Source of the DNA: an uncultured virus (IMG/VR IMGVR_UViG_3300020195_000012)
Taxonomy: Duplodnaviria > Heunggongvirae > Uroviricota > Caudoviricetes
Reading direction: 5' to 3' (one strand)
DNA length: 64,000 bases
Virus record (IMG/VR): IMGVR_UViG_3300020195_000012
Positions 7,908 through 17,960 of the stretch are shown here, in pieces (the stretch's first letter is position 1; the number at the start of each line of letters is the position of its first letter). Below the pieces are notes generated by a model. That model was not told the DNA's origin, searched no databases, and saw nothing but the letters and a program-made list of their open reading frames with translations. Position numbers and translations under genes: made by a program.

Positions 7908-9356
7908 TCAGATTACGAAGTTCGCAATCGACATGCGTCCGTAGAATTTAGCCCCTTCACGCAATAACTTTTTTCCATATCGCGTAATCAAACCCTTGCG
8001 AGGTGTGAACGAATCTGGATCGAGAACTGTTGGGGTCTGGGTCAAAGGTACGTATGGACAATAGAAATAACCTGAGTCCATGTAACTGTCGCCCTTGTAT
8101 CCGAGCAAAATTTGTCCTGTTGGGAACAGTGGGTCTTTATACAATCTCCACTTGCTATTAACAGTACCTACATACTGGATGCCTAGGCTACTTGTGAAAG
8201 TATCAGACATTGTTGGTGCGAAACCGGCTGTTGCCGTCTCAAAGATTGAAGCAACTTCTGGTGAACATACAATCCAGTTAGCACCACCACGCAAAGTCTT
8301 TCGGTGAATGACGTTGCTGATTTCAACCAACTTAACATAAAGACTTTCGTACTTTTCCTTGATGGTATCACCAAGGGCGGTATTGAAGTCCCATGCTGCA
8401 ATTGTGCCTGCATTGTTACGAAGGTCAGTTATAACTTCTCGGTCAATCTCAAGATTGATTTCCTGTGCTAGAACAGCGGTCAACTCGGCTTCTGCGTCGA
8501 GGTTGTGCTGTGAGCGGAGGTCTTGTTGTGCTTCGTACGTCCAGACGGCTTTCAACTTACGAGTGATTGCAACGATATCTTCTGACTCAACAACGAGGTT
8601 GATTTCAGGGAGATCGCCTTGTCCTTCCATGTTGTACTCATAATTGAACACAACGTTGTTTGTGCCTGGATCGGCTGACCATGTCAACTTGACCACACCT
8701 GTGACAAGGTTCATTGTTGCTCCACTGACTGTTGGTGCTGGTGCGCCTACGGCTGTGAAGGTGAATGTTCCTGTCTGTGATACAACGAAGGTGTAAATCA
8801 ATACGCCGCCGTCATATACTTGTCCCGTCATCGTTCCAGCAAGAACTGGTGTGTGTTCGAGTTGGTATTCTGTGAAGAAGCTACCGCCAGAGGCATATGC
8901 ACCTGCGTTCGTCTGGTTTTCGCCAGAGATGAACTGGTGTGTATACCAGATGTCGACGTTTCCGTCACCGGAAGCGAGTTGCTGCAACGACAGTGCATCA
9001 TCACCAGGGAATCCTGGTTGGGTTTGACCACGTGTGGCACCCTTGTTGCTGCTGTAGCGGAAGCGGAGATAATAAACTAGACCCGTTGGGCCGAGTAGTG
9101 GCTGAACGCTAACAATCTTGTTAGCAATTAGCTGTGGATAGATACGGCGGACAAGCGGTATAGAAATACGCTTGAACTGTGCGATATCGCCTGTGTCAGT
9201 GCTTTGCTCGTTAATCAAACGCTGGTTTTCGAGCAGAACGCTGGCGGTCTGGCGATCCCACTTAGTCTTAAGACCCTCAAGCAAACCCCACTTAGACCAA
9301 CGGCCTTCCAGCTTCGTTGCTTCGTTAAGGTACTTGCTATTCAATGTCATTTGCAT
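7908..9356 (-). CDS. gp23: T4-like major capsid protein gp23
   Basis: LLENQ, PLVRRIYP.LIA..IVSVQP..GPTG, RKLKA.WT.EAQQDL, YCPYVPL, TRYG; follows gp21-gp22. Confidence 0.95.
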   Translation of the reverse strand: MQMTLNSKYLNEATKLEGRWSKWGLLEGLKTKWDRQTASVLLENQRLINEQSTDTGDIAQFKRISIPLVRRIYPQLIANKIVSVQPLLGPTGLVYYLRFRYSSNKGATRGQTQPGFPGDDALSLQQLASGDGNVDIWYTHQFISGENQTNAGAYASGGSFFTEYQLEHTPVLAGTMTGQVYDGGVLIYTFVVSQTGTFTFTAVGAPAPTVSGATMNLVTGVVKLTWSADPGTNNVVFNYEYNMEGQGDLPEINLVVESEDIVAITRKLKAVWTYEAQQDLRSQHNLDAEAELTAVLAQEINLEIDREVITDLRNNAGTIAAWDFNTALGDTIKEKYESLYVKLVEISNVIHRKTLRGGANWIVCSPEVASIFETATAGFAPTMSDTFTSSLGIQYVGTVNSKWRLYKDPLFPTGQILLGYKGDSYMDSGYFYCPYVPLTQTPTVLDPDSFTPRKGLITRYGKKLLREGAKFYGRMSIANFVI

Positions 9357-9400
9357 TTAAATGTCTTCCTTTAGTGTTATCGATAAATTTTGATTCAGTC

Positions 9401-10363
9401 TTAGACTTCTTCCTGACGGTTTAAACCTGACAGGTGTTTCCAGTCTGCAAAGACTTCATCGCCAACTTGTTCCGCAAACCGCTCCGAGCCGTCATTTGCG
9501 GATTTATGTTCTGCAACGGGTTCCCCAGTGTGTTCGCCAAGGAGAACCTCCTTGCGACGCTGTCGGTCTGTATTCGACTCGCCCCGTCCCTCTGCTTTTC
9601 GTGCTTTTTCTAGTCTTGCTTTCCTATCGCCTCTGGCGACTGATTCATTAATAACTTCCTGAGTGTGTCGTACAGACTCATTAAGTTTGGTGTTCTCCAT
9701 AGACAAACGCATGTTCTTGCCTTCAAGAATCTTCAACTGACCCTTTGTCTCATCGAGTTGTTTGGCTAGACCATCTACTTTGCTACTTGTAGCAAAGGCG
9801 TGATCTTCATCCGAAATGTAAGCGGATACTGTTTCGATAATCTTGTCAAAAGCTACTCTGTGTTCGGCAACGGCTGGATCATTGATCACATCGCGTTTTG
9901 CCATGTCATAATACTTGCCACCTTGCAATTGCAAGAATTGATCAAGCTTATCAACCAAGTATTCTTTGACATCAGTAAATCTACGATCATATTCTTCGTA
10001 TAGATCGACTTCGAGTGTATCGTTCTTAGCTCGTTCTTCTGTGAGCATTTGATAGGCTTCTTCATAGCCTTCCTCAAGTGCTTCCTCAAATTCTTCTTTT
10101 TGGACTTCAAGACGACCGCGAAGGTCTTCGATAACATCCCAAGCTTGGGCGTACCCTGCTTCGGCAATCTTTTTAGCTTCTTTTAAATCCTGTTGGTGCT
10201 GTGCGAAACCCTCTTTAAGATTGGTTTCATACTCAGATTCGAGTTCAGCTACTGCGTTCTCAAGGAAACTTGAAATTGCTGTGCTAACATCGTTCTGTGC
10301 GTCCTCGGGAATTAACCCCGAAAGTGCTTTCAAAATCTGCTCTTGACTCGTTTTCATAATCAC
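9401..10363 (-). CDS. gp22: Prohead core scaffold protein gp22-like
   Basis: Acidic coiled-coil protein between the protease and capsid genes. Confidence 0.75.
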   Translation of the reverse strand: MIMKTSQEQILKALSGLIPEDAQNDVSTAISSFLENAVAELESEYETNLKEGFAQHQQDLKEAKKIAEAGYAQAWDVIEDLRGRLEVQKEEFEEALEEGYEEAYQMLTEERAKNDTLEVDLYEEYDRRFTDVKEYLVDKLDQFLQLQGGKYYDMAKRDVINDPAVAEHRVAFDKIIETVSAYISDEDHAFATSSKVDGLAKQLDETKGQLKILEGKNMRLSMENTKLNESVRHTQEVINESVARGDRKARLEKARKAEGRGESNTDRQRRKEVLLGEHTGEPVAEHKSANDGSERFAEQVGDEVFADWKHLSGLNRQEEV

Positions 10364-10471
10364 TCCCTAACTTCAGGGTTATTGTTCCCTACGTATAGCC
10401 AATTTTGTGCTTACGATATATATGCAGGTGCATTCAATTTTGCGCACCATCGATACACAGTCACCGAGACT

Positions 10472-11116
10472 TTATATCTTTCTTTTCGCTTCATCAATTC
10501 TTTGTTGAAGAACTTGACCGAAATATCCAATCAACGCTTTCGGATTGACTTTGCTTCTTGATTCATTTTTCCCAAGATTTGCCGCAGATGGAACATAAGA
10601 TTCCTTCTTGCTTGGCGTAGTCATTTTGTGTTGGAAGGCTGAAAAAGTGCTTGGATCAGCTACTGCATCAAAAGTAATTAATTTATAGCTTTCACCAATA
10701 ACAAGGACTCCCTCGTTATTAACTTGTCCATTTCCGACACCACGACTGCTAATTCCGACGCGAACCCCGCCATCAATTAAACTCTTGAGAACCTTACCAG
10801 ATGGTGTATTTAAAACTTCACCTTCACCCATAAGAACATTTCCTTCCCACCATAACTTAGTAATTAAGTGAGAAGCATTTGCCAAATGCACAATACTATC
10901 TGTCGGGTGATCAAGTTCACCAAACATTCCACGTTCTTTAACTGTTTCTATAAGTTTGTCAACATTTGACGATAAAACGTCAAATGGATACATTCTCTTA
11001 TTTTTGTTTACCTGATTAGCTTCTTGAAACTTTCCAGTAAAACGAGTCACGCCATTGACGGACTCGTTTACTTTGAGTAAAGCATAACCAACACAATCAA
11101 CATATAATTGATCCAT
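10472..11116 (-). CDS. gp21: Prohead protease gp21
   Basis: N.N.R.YP, GELDHP, SH.I, TPSG, GISSRG.G, D.VADPS. Confidence 0.95.
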   Translation of the reverse strand: MDQLYVDCVGYALLKVNESVNGVTRFTGKFQEANQVNKNKRMYPFDVLSSNVDKLIETVKERGMFGELDHPTDSIVHLANASHLITKLWWEGNVLMGEGEVLNTPSGKVLKSLIDGGVRVGISSRGVGNGQVNNEGVLVIGESYKLITFDAVADPSTFSAFQHKMTTPSKKESYVPSAANLGKNESRSKVNPKALIGYFGQVLQQRIDEAKRKI

Positions 11117-11127
11117 GCTCTAGCTCC

Positions 11128-13056
11128 TTATTCGACAGAATTATTAGGTTCAACACTTTGTTTCGGCATTACAGCCTTTGGAATGTATGGGTTCTGGAGG
11201 TTTGGCCATGTATCGCCATCTCCCCAAGTTGCGAATGCGTCATCGTCATCAACAACAGACTTTTCACCCTTCATCTTGTAATCACCAAATGGTGCTGGAA
11301 CGTGTGGGTTACTCAATGTTGGCCAAGTTTCCTTGCCACCTGAATTCCCCCAACTGCGATTCCTTGCCTCGTCACCGTGATTCCAAGCATTACTGTCTTG
11401 CCCAATCATTGGTGCCTCATCGCCCCAATCACCGGGATATTGACTTGCAATACCAGGAACCTTAGCGTTCTTAGCCATTTGTGGGTGATCTCCAGTAGTA
11501 GTCTTGTGTGGAGTCTTTACAACATCCCAACTATCACTTGCTCCTGGCAAATTACCTTCAGCCAACTCTTCAAGCCAATCTGCTACATCAGCAGCCAACT
11601 CTAGATTTGGTACAAGACGACCCTTAAGAATTTGTTCAAGCTCTACAATGAATTCAGATGCTTCATTACGAACAACATCGTTTTCAGATTCCAAAGCAAT
11701 ACGACGAATATCAACAGCCGCATTGTACAAATCTTCAAACATCTTCATTTCAAGTTGAGTTGACTCATCCAACGATGGGAAAAAGTCAGTAACGATTTTC
11801 TGGAAATCAAGATAATTGTCATCTGATTCAGAAAGTTCGGTACGATTAGCCAATTTCTTGATCTTGTCTACTCGTTCAACATAAGCACCATGAGCAACAC
11901 GAAGAATGCCTTCAGCCATGAACTTACACGTCTGATCGTCGTAGTTGTTAACTCCCGCCGAATCAAGTGCCAGTCCTACTGTGCGTGCCAATTCTTCCTG
12001 AGTCAAATAAAGAACACTTGGGAATTTGCTAACCAATGTGTTAATTGATTCTTCAAGTTCTTTATTGTCAGAAATGTTGTTATATCGTTTTACATCTGCA
12101 ACAAGAGTACAGAAGTTTTGATCGTGTGCGAGTCTTCGTGCGGTTTCACGCAAAACCTTAACATCAGTCTTCATCATGTTGTCAAATTGCATCTTAAGCA
12201 ATTTAGCTTCATTACGAACTTTGCTGCTTGGAATTGAAACTGCCAATGACCCGTTTTCATTAATGATTTTTGTTTCGCTAATGATGTGGTGATTGTTGAC
12301 GAAATCAACATAGCCATAAACATTATTTGATAGGCTCAACCACTCGTTCATCTTCTTACGCTTGCCACTGTAGCGAACTCCAGTATTCAATGCGCGCAAC
12401 TTAGGGTGAAGACCCTTGTACTTTGATCGACGTGAACGTTCTTTGGTTAGGTTGCGATGACGCTTTTGCGTTCCTCTCATGTGAGAAGTACGACCTTCCC
12501 CACGCCAACTCTTTTTCCCAGCCGCGACTTTCTTTGGATTCTTTGGACCAGTTCGCTTGGAAATAACTGGCGTACTCTTGCCATGTGTCCGTTCCTTGCT
12601 ACCGTAGATACGTGCATATCCTTCTTCCAAAATATCACCTGAATCTTCGGCACATTCGCGCTTGTAGCGACGGCTCTGAAGGTTCATGTACTGCTCAAAT
12701 TGTGATTCTGCCTCACCCTTTTTGTTGTCAAGAATAGACTCAAGCATAGAACGAAGGATTTTCCTGCCTTCCTCTTTCTCGCTCTCTTCATTGATAACCA
12801 ATTGTTCTACGTCGTCAAATTGGACATTTTTCTTATTAACATCGTAACTTGCGCGGATATAATTGCCATCCGAAGATTCGTAGATAACAGTAGACTCATC
12901 GAACGAATTGAGTTTCAACTCTTCAACTTCTAACGCACGAGCTAGATGCTCTTCAGCCTCAATAAGCTCTTTTACGGTAGTCGTCAGAGATGTTTCTCTC
13001 ATCTTTTCGAAAACTTCATAATCAACAAGTTTTCTCTTCATGTTCAAACTCCTCAT
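11128..13056 (-). CDS. Large prohead core-associated protein
   Basis: Immediately upstream of gp21; acidic with a K/R-rich centre and repeated WP.L.NP motif. Confidence 0.55.
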   Translation of the reverse strand: MRSLNMKRKLVDYEVFEKMRETSLTTTVKELIEAEEHLARALEVEELKLNSFDESTVIYESSDGNYIRASYDVNKKNVQFDDVEQLVINEESEKEEGRKILRSMLESILDNKKGEAESQFEQYMNLQSRRYKRECAEDSGDILEEGYARIYGSKERTHGKSTPVISKRTGPKNPKKVAAGKKSWRGEGRTSHMRGTQKRHRNLTKERSRRSKYKGLHPKLRALNTGVRYSGKRKKMNEWLSLSNNVYGYVDFVNNHHIISETKIINENGSLAVSIPSSKVRNEAKLLKMQFDNMMKTDVKVLRETARRLAHDQNFCTLVADVKRYNNISDNKELEESINTLVSKFPSVLYLTQEELARTVGLALDSAGVNNYDDQTCKFMAEGILRVAHGAYVERVDKIKKLANRTELSESDDNYLDFQKIVTDFFPSLDESTQLEMKMFEDLYNAAVDIRRIALESENDVVRNEASEFIVELEQILKGRLVPNLELAADVADWLEELAEGNLPGASDSWDVVKTPHKTTTGDHPQMAKNAKVPGIASQYPGDWGDEAPMIGQDSNAWNHGDEARNRSWGNSGGKETWPTLSNPHVPAPFGDYKMKGEKSVVDDDDAFATWGDGDTWPNLQNPYIPKAVMPKQSVEPNNSVE

Positions 13057-13176
13057 GTGCTGTGTTTCAAAAGACTCGCAATCCAGATGGAACGCTACGC
13101 TAAATCATAGCTTATATATACATCAATAATTGATTTTCAAAACAGGTTTATTAAATGCCTGTAACGTATATATTGC

Positions 13177-13518
13177 ATGAGCAAAACATTTAAAGAGTTT
13201 GTATCTCACAAAGATGGAGTTATTCATCATCTTGGAGACGTTACAGAATTATTGCAGAGAATTGCAACCGAGCATGGAGCAAGGTTGAGACAACTTGTCC
13301 AATCAGCTATTTCTAGTGGAGAAATAGATGATGATAAAGAATTCAGGGATGATTTGCGAGAACTTAGCAAGGCATTATCTTCTAGTTCTTCGCAAGATCA
13401 ATTCCCGGTAAAAGAGCCACGTGGCAAGAGTGACCCAGACGTTGTCACACGCCCACGAGCAGATGGCGGTGGGGGTGGACCAATGGGTCAAGGTGGCGAA
13501 GGCGGCGGTGGAGATTAA
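13177..13518 (+). CDS. Putative internal head protein
   Basis: MSKTFKEFV N-terminus, Gly-rich tail, TATATA 4 nt upstream. Confidence 0.55.
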   Translation: MSKTFKEFVSHKDGVIHHLGDVTELLQRIATEHGARLRQLVQSAISSGEIDDDKEFRDDLRELSKALSSSSSQDQFPVKEPRGKSDPDVVTRPRADGGGGGPMGQGGEGGGGD

Positions 13519-16112
13519 GCATCGTCGAGTTCGCTCGCATCAATTTCTTCCTCGTCCTGTTCTTTACTATAATCCATTATTTCAAGATCGTATTTTTTGA
13601 TGTCTTCATGGTCTGGATCGGGCAGTCCTGATCCTTGAGACTTCTGTGGTTGACCATAAGTATCTGCGGCACTCTTGCTTCCATCACCCATCTTTTTCAT
13701 CATTGGTGGGGCTGCTGGTGGGGCTTCTCCTCCACCTTCTGGTGGTGGTAACGTGCCTGGTATTTCTCCACCTTCTCCACCTTCGGGTGGTGGAGCTTCT
13801 GGATTCATTCCACCCCCTTCCGCGCCTGCGCCCATATCTGGGGCTGGTTGAGCAGGCATTGCAATTCCAAGAAGTTGTGGATTTTGTGCCATTATCTGCA
13901 ACTTAAGTTGTTGTAGTTGTTGTATGGTACTACGAGATACAATCTCTTTTGCCTCATCAGGTGGAATCTTTAGAATTCTGGTCAGTACGTCAAAGTCAGA
14001 AAATAGTTGTGATCCCTTTATTGCCATTGCTCGATCAAATCTTGCTTGAGTTACATCATTTTCGCTCATCTCGCGATAAGGAGAAGGTGGTGTTAATTTA
14101 ATCTGAAGATCATCAAACAAATGATCTGGAAATCCTCTTAATGCTAAATGACGAACTGCTATTTCCATTAAACCATCAGCTAAACTTTGTTGAAGTCTTT
14201 CAACCAACCTAGCAAATTTAATGTCTACAGATGACAAGGTCACTCGTGTGATACTTGCATCCTCTTGAGCCATGTAGTTCTTTGGAAAATTCAACGCAAT
14301 AAACAATTTATTGCGGAAGTATAATGCATCATCGATTTCCCCGAGTGACTGTGCGCCTGGGAGAGTTTCGATACGAGTATTACTATTTGGACGTAGTGGA
14401 ATCCAAAAATCTTCATCAACAGAAGGAGCTGTCCAACGTTCTTCTACAGGAGATGCGCCTTGCGCTCCACCCTTAGCACTAAAAGTTTTACGTTTACGCA
14501 ACAAGTCTTTCATGCGTTCCATAAATCCTTCTGCTTTGAATGGTGGCAATTGTCCGACGTCGATGTAAAAAACACGCCTTTCGGGCGCTCTTGCCAGTCT
14601 ATACACAAGCATACTATCTTCCATTAGTTTTAGTTGATGTGCTGGTCCTCTTGCAGCATCGACTAATGAAATTCCATATGGATAATATTGTTGTCGTTCA
14701 TCTCCAATTCTAAAATGAATTATTTGTTCTGGAGTAAATCGTATAGCAGTTGCTTGTGCCAATTCTGCCACCGTTGCTTTAGTGACATCGATTTTAGCAA
14801 GACTTTGATAATCTGGACCTTCTCGGCTTTGCTGGAACTCAATCAATTTACCCTTGATTGTTTCAATTCTATAGACACTATCTGGTGGAAGATTTTGTAT
14901 CTTTAGAATACCCGATTTTGGTTCTTCTGTATCAATTACAAGTTCAACAAAGTGATCACCTTTTAGATACAAGTTTTTGGCTATATTCCATAATTTGCGA
15001 TCCATGTTTAGCATTTTAGGGCTAAAAAATAAGAATTCCAATTCTTCTTTAATGTCTCTATTTTTGCAGATGACATCGAATAAATGATTATGTTCACCAA
15101 TTTGACAATTGTGAAATATAGTTGTACTTGTAGCAAAATTTTCATGGTCTTTGACGGACAAGTCGTATACGTCTTGTTCTCCGTTTTCAACTATGTGTAA
15201 TACACGACGACGATCTTTGTATCTGGTTGTGAGGTTGCGAATTTCTGGTACAGAAAATCCGTGTACTTGAATGAAATCATCCAGAGAACCCCACGCCCGA
15301 TTTACTAACTTGGCTACTTGTCTTGTTGTTAACCCGGCAGACAATAATCTAATAACTTTAGCTAGTCTTTCTTGTTTTTCTGATTGCGCACCCATTCGCC
15401 ATTCATCAAGAAAGTTACGTTCTGTTTTCCACCCATCATTGAGTGTGAATATACGTGCAAATTGATTGATTTTTTGAGATGTCAAATGTGGTTCTGACTT
15501 GAGCCTGTAAAAAGGCATCAATTCATGTCCCTCTTTAATATTTTGAGCCTCAATCCATTTTCCATTTCTCAACAAAACTCTATGATCTTCCGTACAAGAA
15601 AAGTGTGTTCCATTATCAAGTATAAACTTTAAAGTTTTTGCTCGTTTCACTAATCTTGGGTTGAAAGCCCAACCGAGAGTGTAATCATTTTTTTCAAAAT
15701 CAAAACAATAAACCAAAAATTCTTCTGTTGAAGATTTGTCCTTAGTCAGTTGTTCGATAGTAAAAAATCCAAACGGAGTAGCAACTTCTGTATCGCCTGT
15801 AACGCAAGACTCATCAGCGAATACTGTAAGAGCGGTCTCAATTTCGGCTACGCTACGAAGACGATCATATTCTTTATATCGATTTTGTCTGTTGGTTACA
15901 GAGGATAAATCGATAAAATCACTACTGTCTCTTAATTGAACGACGCTACTGCCTTTACCTCCGGAAAGGTAGCCTCCATCTGATCTGAGATCAGGCATTG
16001 CTTCGGGAACGGCTACGCCTGCTCCTTCGATATTACGCGAACGCTCCCTTCGTCCGAGAGGATCGTCCGCTGTTGCCCACTTCCAGATTTTCAGTATGTC
16101 ATTCCAAGCCAT
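13515..16112 (-). CDS. gp20: Portal protein gp20 containing an intein
   Basis: LMEDSMLVYRLARAPERRVFYIDVG.LP..KAE, EDFWIP.R, IETLPG.Q.LG.IDD..YF. Confidence 0.95.
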   Translation of the reverse strand: MAWNDILKIWKWATADDPLGRRERSRNIEGAGVAVPEAMPDLRSDGGYLSGGKGSSVVQLRDSSDFIDLSSVTNRQNRYKEYDRLRSVAEIETALTVFADESCVTGDTEVATPFGFFTIEQLTKDKSSTEEFLVYCFDFEKNDYTLGWAFNPRLVKRAKTLKFILDNGTHFSCTEDHRVLLRNGKWIEAQNIKEGHELMPFYRLKSEPHLTSQKINQFARIFTLNDGWKTERNFLDEWRMGAQSEKQERLAKVIRLLSAGLTTRQVAKLVNRAWGSLDDFIQVHGFSVPEIRNLTTRYKDRRRVLHIVENGEQDVYDLSVKDHENFATSTTIFHNCQIGEHNHLFDVICKNRDIKEELEFLFFSPKMLNMDRKLWNIAKNLYLKGDHFVELVIDTEEPKSGILKIQNLPPDSVYRIETIKGKLIEFQQSREGPDYQSLAKIDVTKATVAELAQATAIRFTPEQIIHFRIGDERQQYYPYGISLVDAARGPAHQLKLMEDSMLVYRLARAPERRVFYIDVGQLPPFKAEGFMERMKDLLRKRKTFSAKGGAQGASPVEERWTAPSVDEDFWIPLRPNSNTRIETLPGAQSLGEIDDALYFRNKLFIALNFPKNYMAQEDASITRVTLSSVDIKFARLVERLQQSLADGLMEIAVRHLALRGFPDHLFDDLQIKLTPPSPYREMSENDVTQARFDRAMAIKGSQLFSDFDVLTRILKIPPDEAKEIVSRSTIQQLQQLKLQIMAQNPQLLGIAMPAQPAPDMGAGAEGGGMNPEAPPPEGGEGGEIPGTLPPPEGGGEAPPAAPPMMKKMGDGSKSAADTYGQPQKSQGSGLPDPDHEDIKKYDLEIMDYSKEQDEEEIDASELDDA
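15108..15806 (-). mobile_element. Intein (233 aa) in the portal gene
   Basis: Starts CVTGDTEV; block B CTEDH; ends DVYDLSV..HENF...IFHN followed by Cys. Confidence 0.9.
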
Positions 16113-16146
16113 TGATATTTCTCCAATGTTTATCTATAATAGTTCA

Positions 16147-16698
16147 ATGTTTTTATTCATTGCAACACATTTGGGGTCTGGAGCATCTATCTTGTGCGAT
16201 AGTTTGAATTCTCATAAGAATTGCCAATGCTCTTGGGTTCCTGGCGAACACACATATATTCATGGTTCTGATCTTATTAAGATGAAATCCGAGAATGCAA
16301 AAATTCATTTTGATAAACTGACTCATAATTATCAATTCACCTGTGCATCTCTTTATAGTCAATGTCGATTTATCTATGTGATTAGAGAACCGGGATTGTC
16401 AATACCATATCTTATTTCACACAAAAACTACACTCATAAACGTGCTTATAATTATTACACTTTTCGGTTGCGTCGTTTATGTGAAATGGCTAAAAAAACT
16501 CCTGGTTCCCTGTTGTTACGTGGAGATGATTTATTTTCTGGTCGAGCCTATCCTGCTGTTCAGAAGTATTTAGGCTTGCGTGATCCTATTAAATCTTCTT
16601 ATCAACACGAAGAATGTAATTATGTTACATCATCTGCGCAAATTGTTTATGATAAATACCTATCGATATTATTAAAAATGGATTTAGAGTTTAGTTGA
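16147..16698 (+). CDS. Sulfotransferase-like P-loop protein
   Basis: FI.THLGSG.S.L...LNSH and FIYVIREP. Confidence 0.55.
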   Translation: MFLFIATHLGSGASILCDSLNSHKNCQCSWVPGEHTYIHGSDLIKMKSENAKIHFDKLTHNYQFTCASLYSQCRFIYVIREPGLSIPYLISHKNYTHKRAYNYYTFRLRRLCEMAKKTPGSLLLRGDDLFSGRAYPAVQKYLGLRDPIKSSYQHEECNYVTSSAQIVYDKYLSILLKMDLEFS

Positions 16699-17161
16699 TT
16701 CCACAGCGAAAGGTATGATATTTGTATTTGAGTCCAAGATGAATGTCTATTTCAATTGCATTTAGGTCTTTCATCTCAACAGCAGTTGGGTAAGCATCAT
16801 GCATGATCCATTCTTCAAGGAAATTGCCAAGCCCATCATATATTCTCAGAACTGCTTTACCTTTCGGTGGAGCATTTTGTGTTATTGAATACATACGAAT
16901 AATTTCATTGAAGCCAGCCCACAATAAATCATCCTCAATATGAACTCCTTGAAAATCAATATCAAGAGTTCTCCATTCACCTATTGTTGGTTCTGTAAAT
17001 TCTGTACCATCATCAAATACTTCTCCTACTTTGACAAATCTTGGTGTTACTACCAATTTGCCATCAACATGATAAGTAAAAACCATTTGTAATTTTGGTC
17101 TTAGGTCTGTATCTGTTGTGTGCTTGACAATTAGACTAATTGCTTTATCTATATCTTCCAT
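16691..17161 (-). CDS. Divergent tail tube (gp19) paralog
   Basis: L.IYDG.GN.LE.W....AYP......L...I.L.L.Y matches the C-termini of both tube genes at 46120-47400. Confidence 0.6.
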   Translation of the reverse strand: MEDIDKAISLIVKHTTDTDLRPKLQMVFTYHVDGKLVVTPRFVKVGEVFDDGTEFTEPTIGEWRTLDIDFQGVHIEDDLLWAGFNEIIRMYSITQNAPPKGKAVLRIYDGLGNFLEEWIMHDAYPTAVEMKDLNAIEIDIHLGLKYKYHTFRCGIN

Positions 17162-17180
17162 AGTGTTCCTATATATTGTT

Positions 17181-17393
17181 ATGAACTTTCGTGACTTTCT
17201 TTACGAGGATGAAAATCCTCTTGGATGGGATTCTGTTGGAGATTGGATCAATCTCAAGAAGAATGGTGCGGACTATGCTAGTAAAAAGATACGTTCGAAT
17301 TATATGGTGCCCGATGGTGAAGTAAGACCAGAACCGAAACTTCGTAAAACTCCCGAAGAAATAATGGGAGTTTCCAGAAAAAGAAAACGTTAG
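17181..17393 (+). CDS. Putative small internal head protein
   Basis: MNFRDFLYE; TATATA 5 nt upstream. Confidence 0.55.
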   Translation: MNFRDFLYEDENPLGWDSVGDWINLKKNGADYASKKIRSNYMVPDGEVRPEPKLRKTPEEIMGVSRKRKR

Positions 17394-17632
17394 ATTCTTC
17401 CCAATGCCCTTAATCTAGCGTCTTGTCTTGCTTTTTGACGTGCTTTTCTATCAACATCATTTGGAGTCGGTTTAGGTATTTGTGTTGGCGCAATAGCCAA
17501 TGGCTTGATATTATTCACTGCAACAATGGTTTGTTGCTGAATGTTTTGATTAATTCTTGGCGGGCTTGCAGCCAATCTAGCCTTCTGAAAATTTGCCGAC
17601 GTATTTTTTTTGCCTGAGCATCCACATCCCAT
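17390..17632 (-). CDS. Small basic protein with MGCGC N-terminus
   Basis: AAGGAG RBS; start taken at ATG 17632. Confidence 0.55.
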   Translation of the reverse strand: MGCGCSGKKNTSANFQKARLAASPPRINQNIQQQTIVAVNNIKPLAIAPTQIPKPTPNDVDRKARQKARQDARLRALGRI

Positions 17633-17636
17633 TTGT

Positions 17637-17789
17637 TTACTCCTTTGTAAAATAGCCAATTATTTTTATTGTTCCTGTCGCTGCATGAACAAAATTAACA
17701 ACTGGAAGTTTCTTCTTCCAGTTTACCACAAATGGTTTTTTAGGATAAGTTATAGCGGCAGTGCGTTTTGTTGTACCACAGCATCCCAT
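17637..17789 (-). CDS. Small basic protein with MGCCG N-terminus (50 aa, not in the ORF track)
   Basis: Fills the gap between neighbours; ATGTIKII resembles ATGNIKTI in the upstream ORF. Confidence 0.5.
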   Translation of the reverse strand: MGCCGTTKRTAAITYPKKPFVVNWKKKLPVVNFVHAATGTIKIIGYFTKE

Positions 17790-17944
17790 ATTGTTTTTAT
17801 ATTTCCAGTTGCTTTGTAATAAAATTTAGTTGGTCTTTTCATTCGTATTGCTATACGTTGTTTTATTGGTCTAATTTTGAAATTAGCAGCAACAAACTCC
17901 GCAACTGCATTTCCAATCTTTCTTTCACAATCACTGCAAGCCAT
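17750..17944 (-). CDS. Small basic protein with MACSDC N-terminus
   Basis: ORF just downstream of a TATATA box. Confidence 0.5.
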   Translation of the reverse strand: MACSDCERKIGNAVAEFVAANFKIRPIKQRIAIRMKRPTKFYYKATGNIKTIWDAVVQQNALPL

Positions 17945-17960
17945 TTACTGTTATATAATC

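Noticed and set aside
2374..9356. Diversity-generating retroelement or cassette switching among capsid paralogs
   Set aside because: No reverse transcriptase or invertase; the paralogs differ at synonymous sites rather than only at adenines
7908..16112. Many short overlapping ORFs within the head genes
   Set aside because: Antisense or out-of-frame shadows of well-supported long genes
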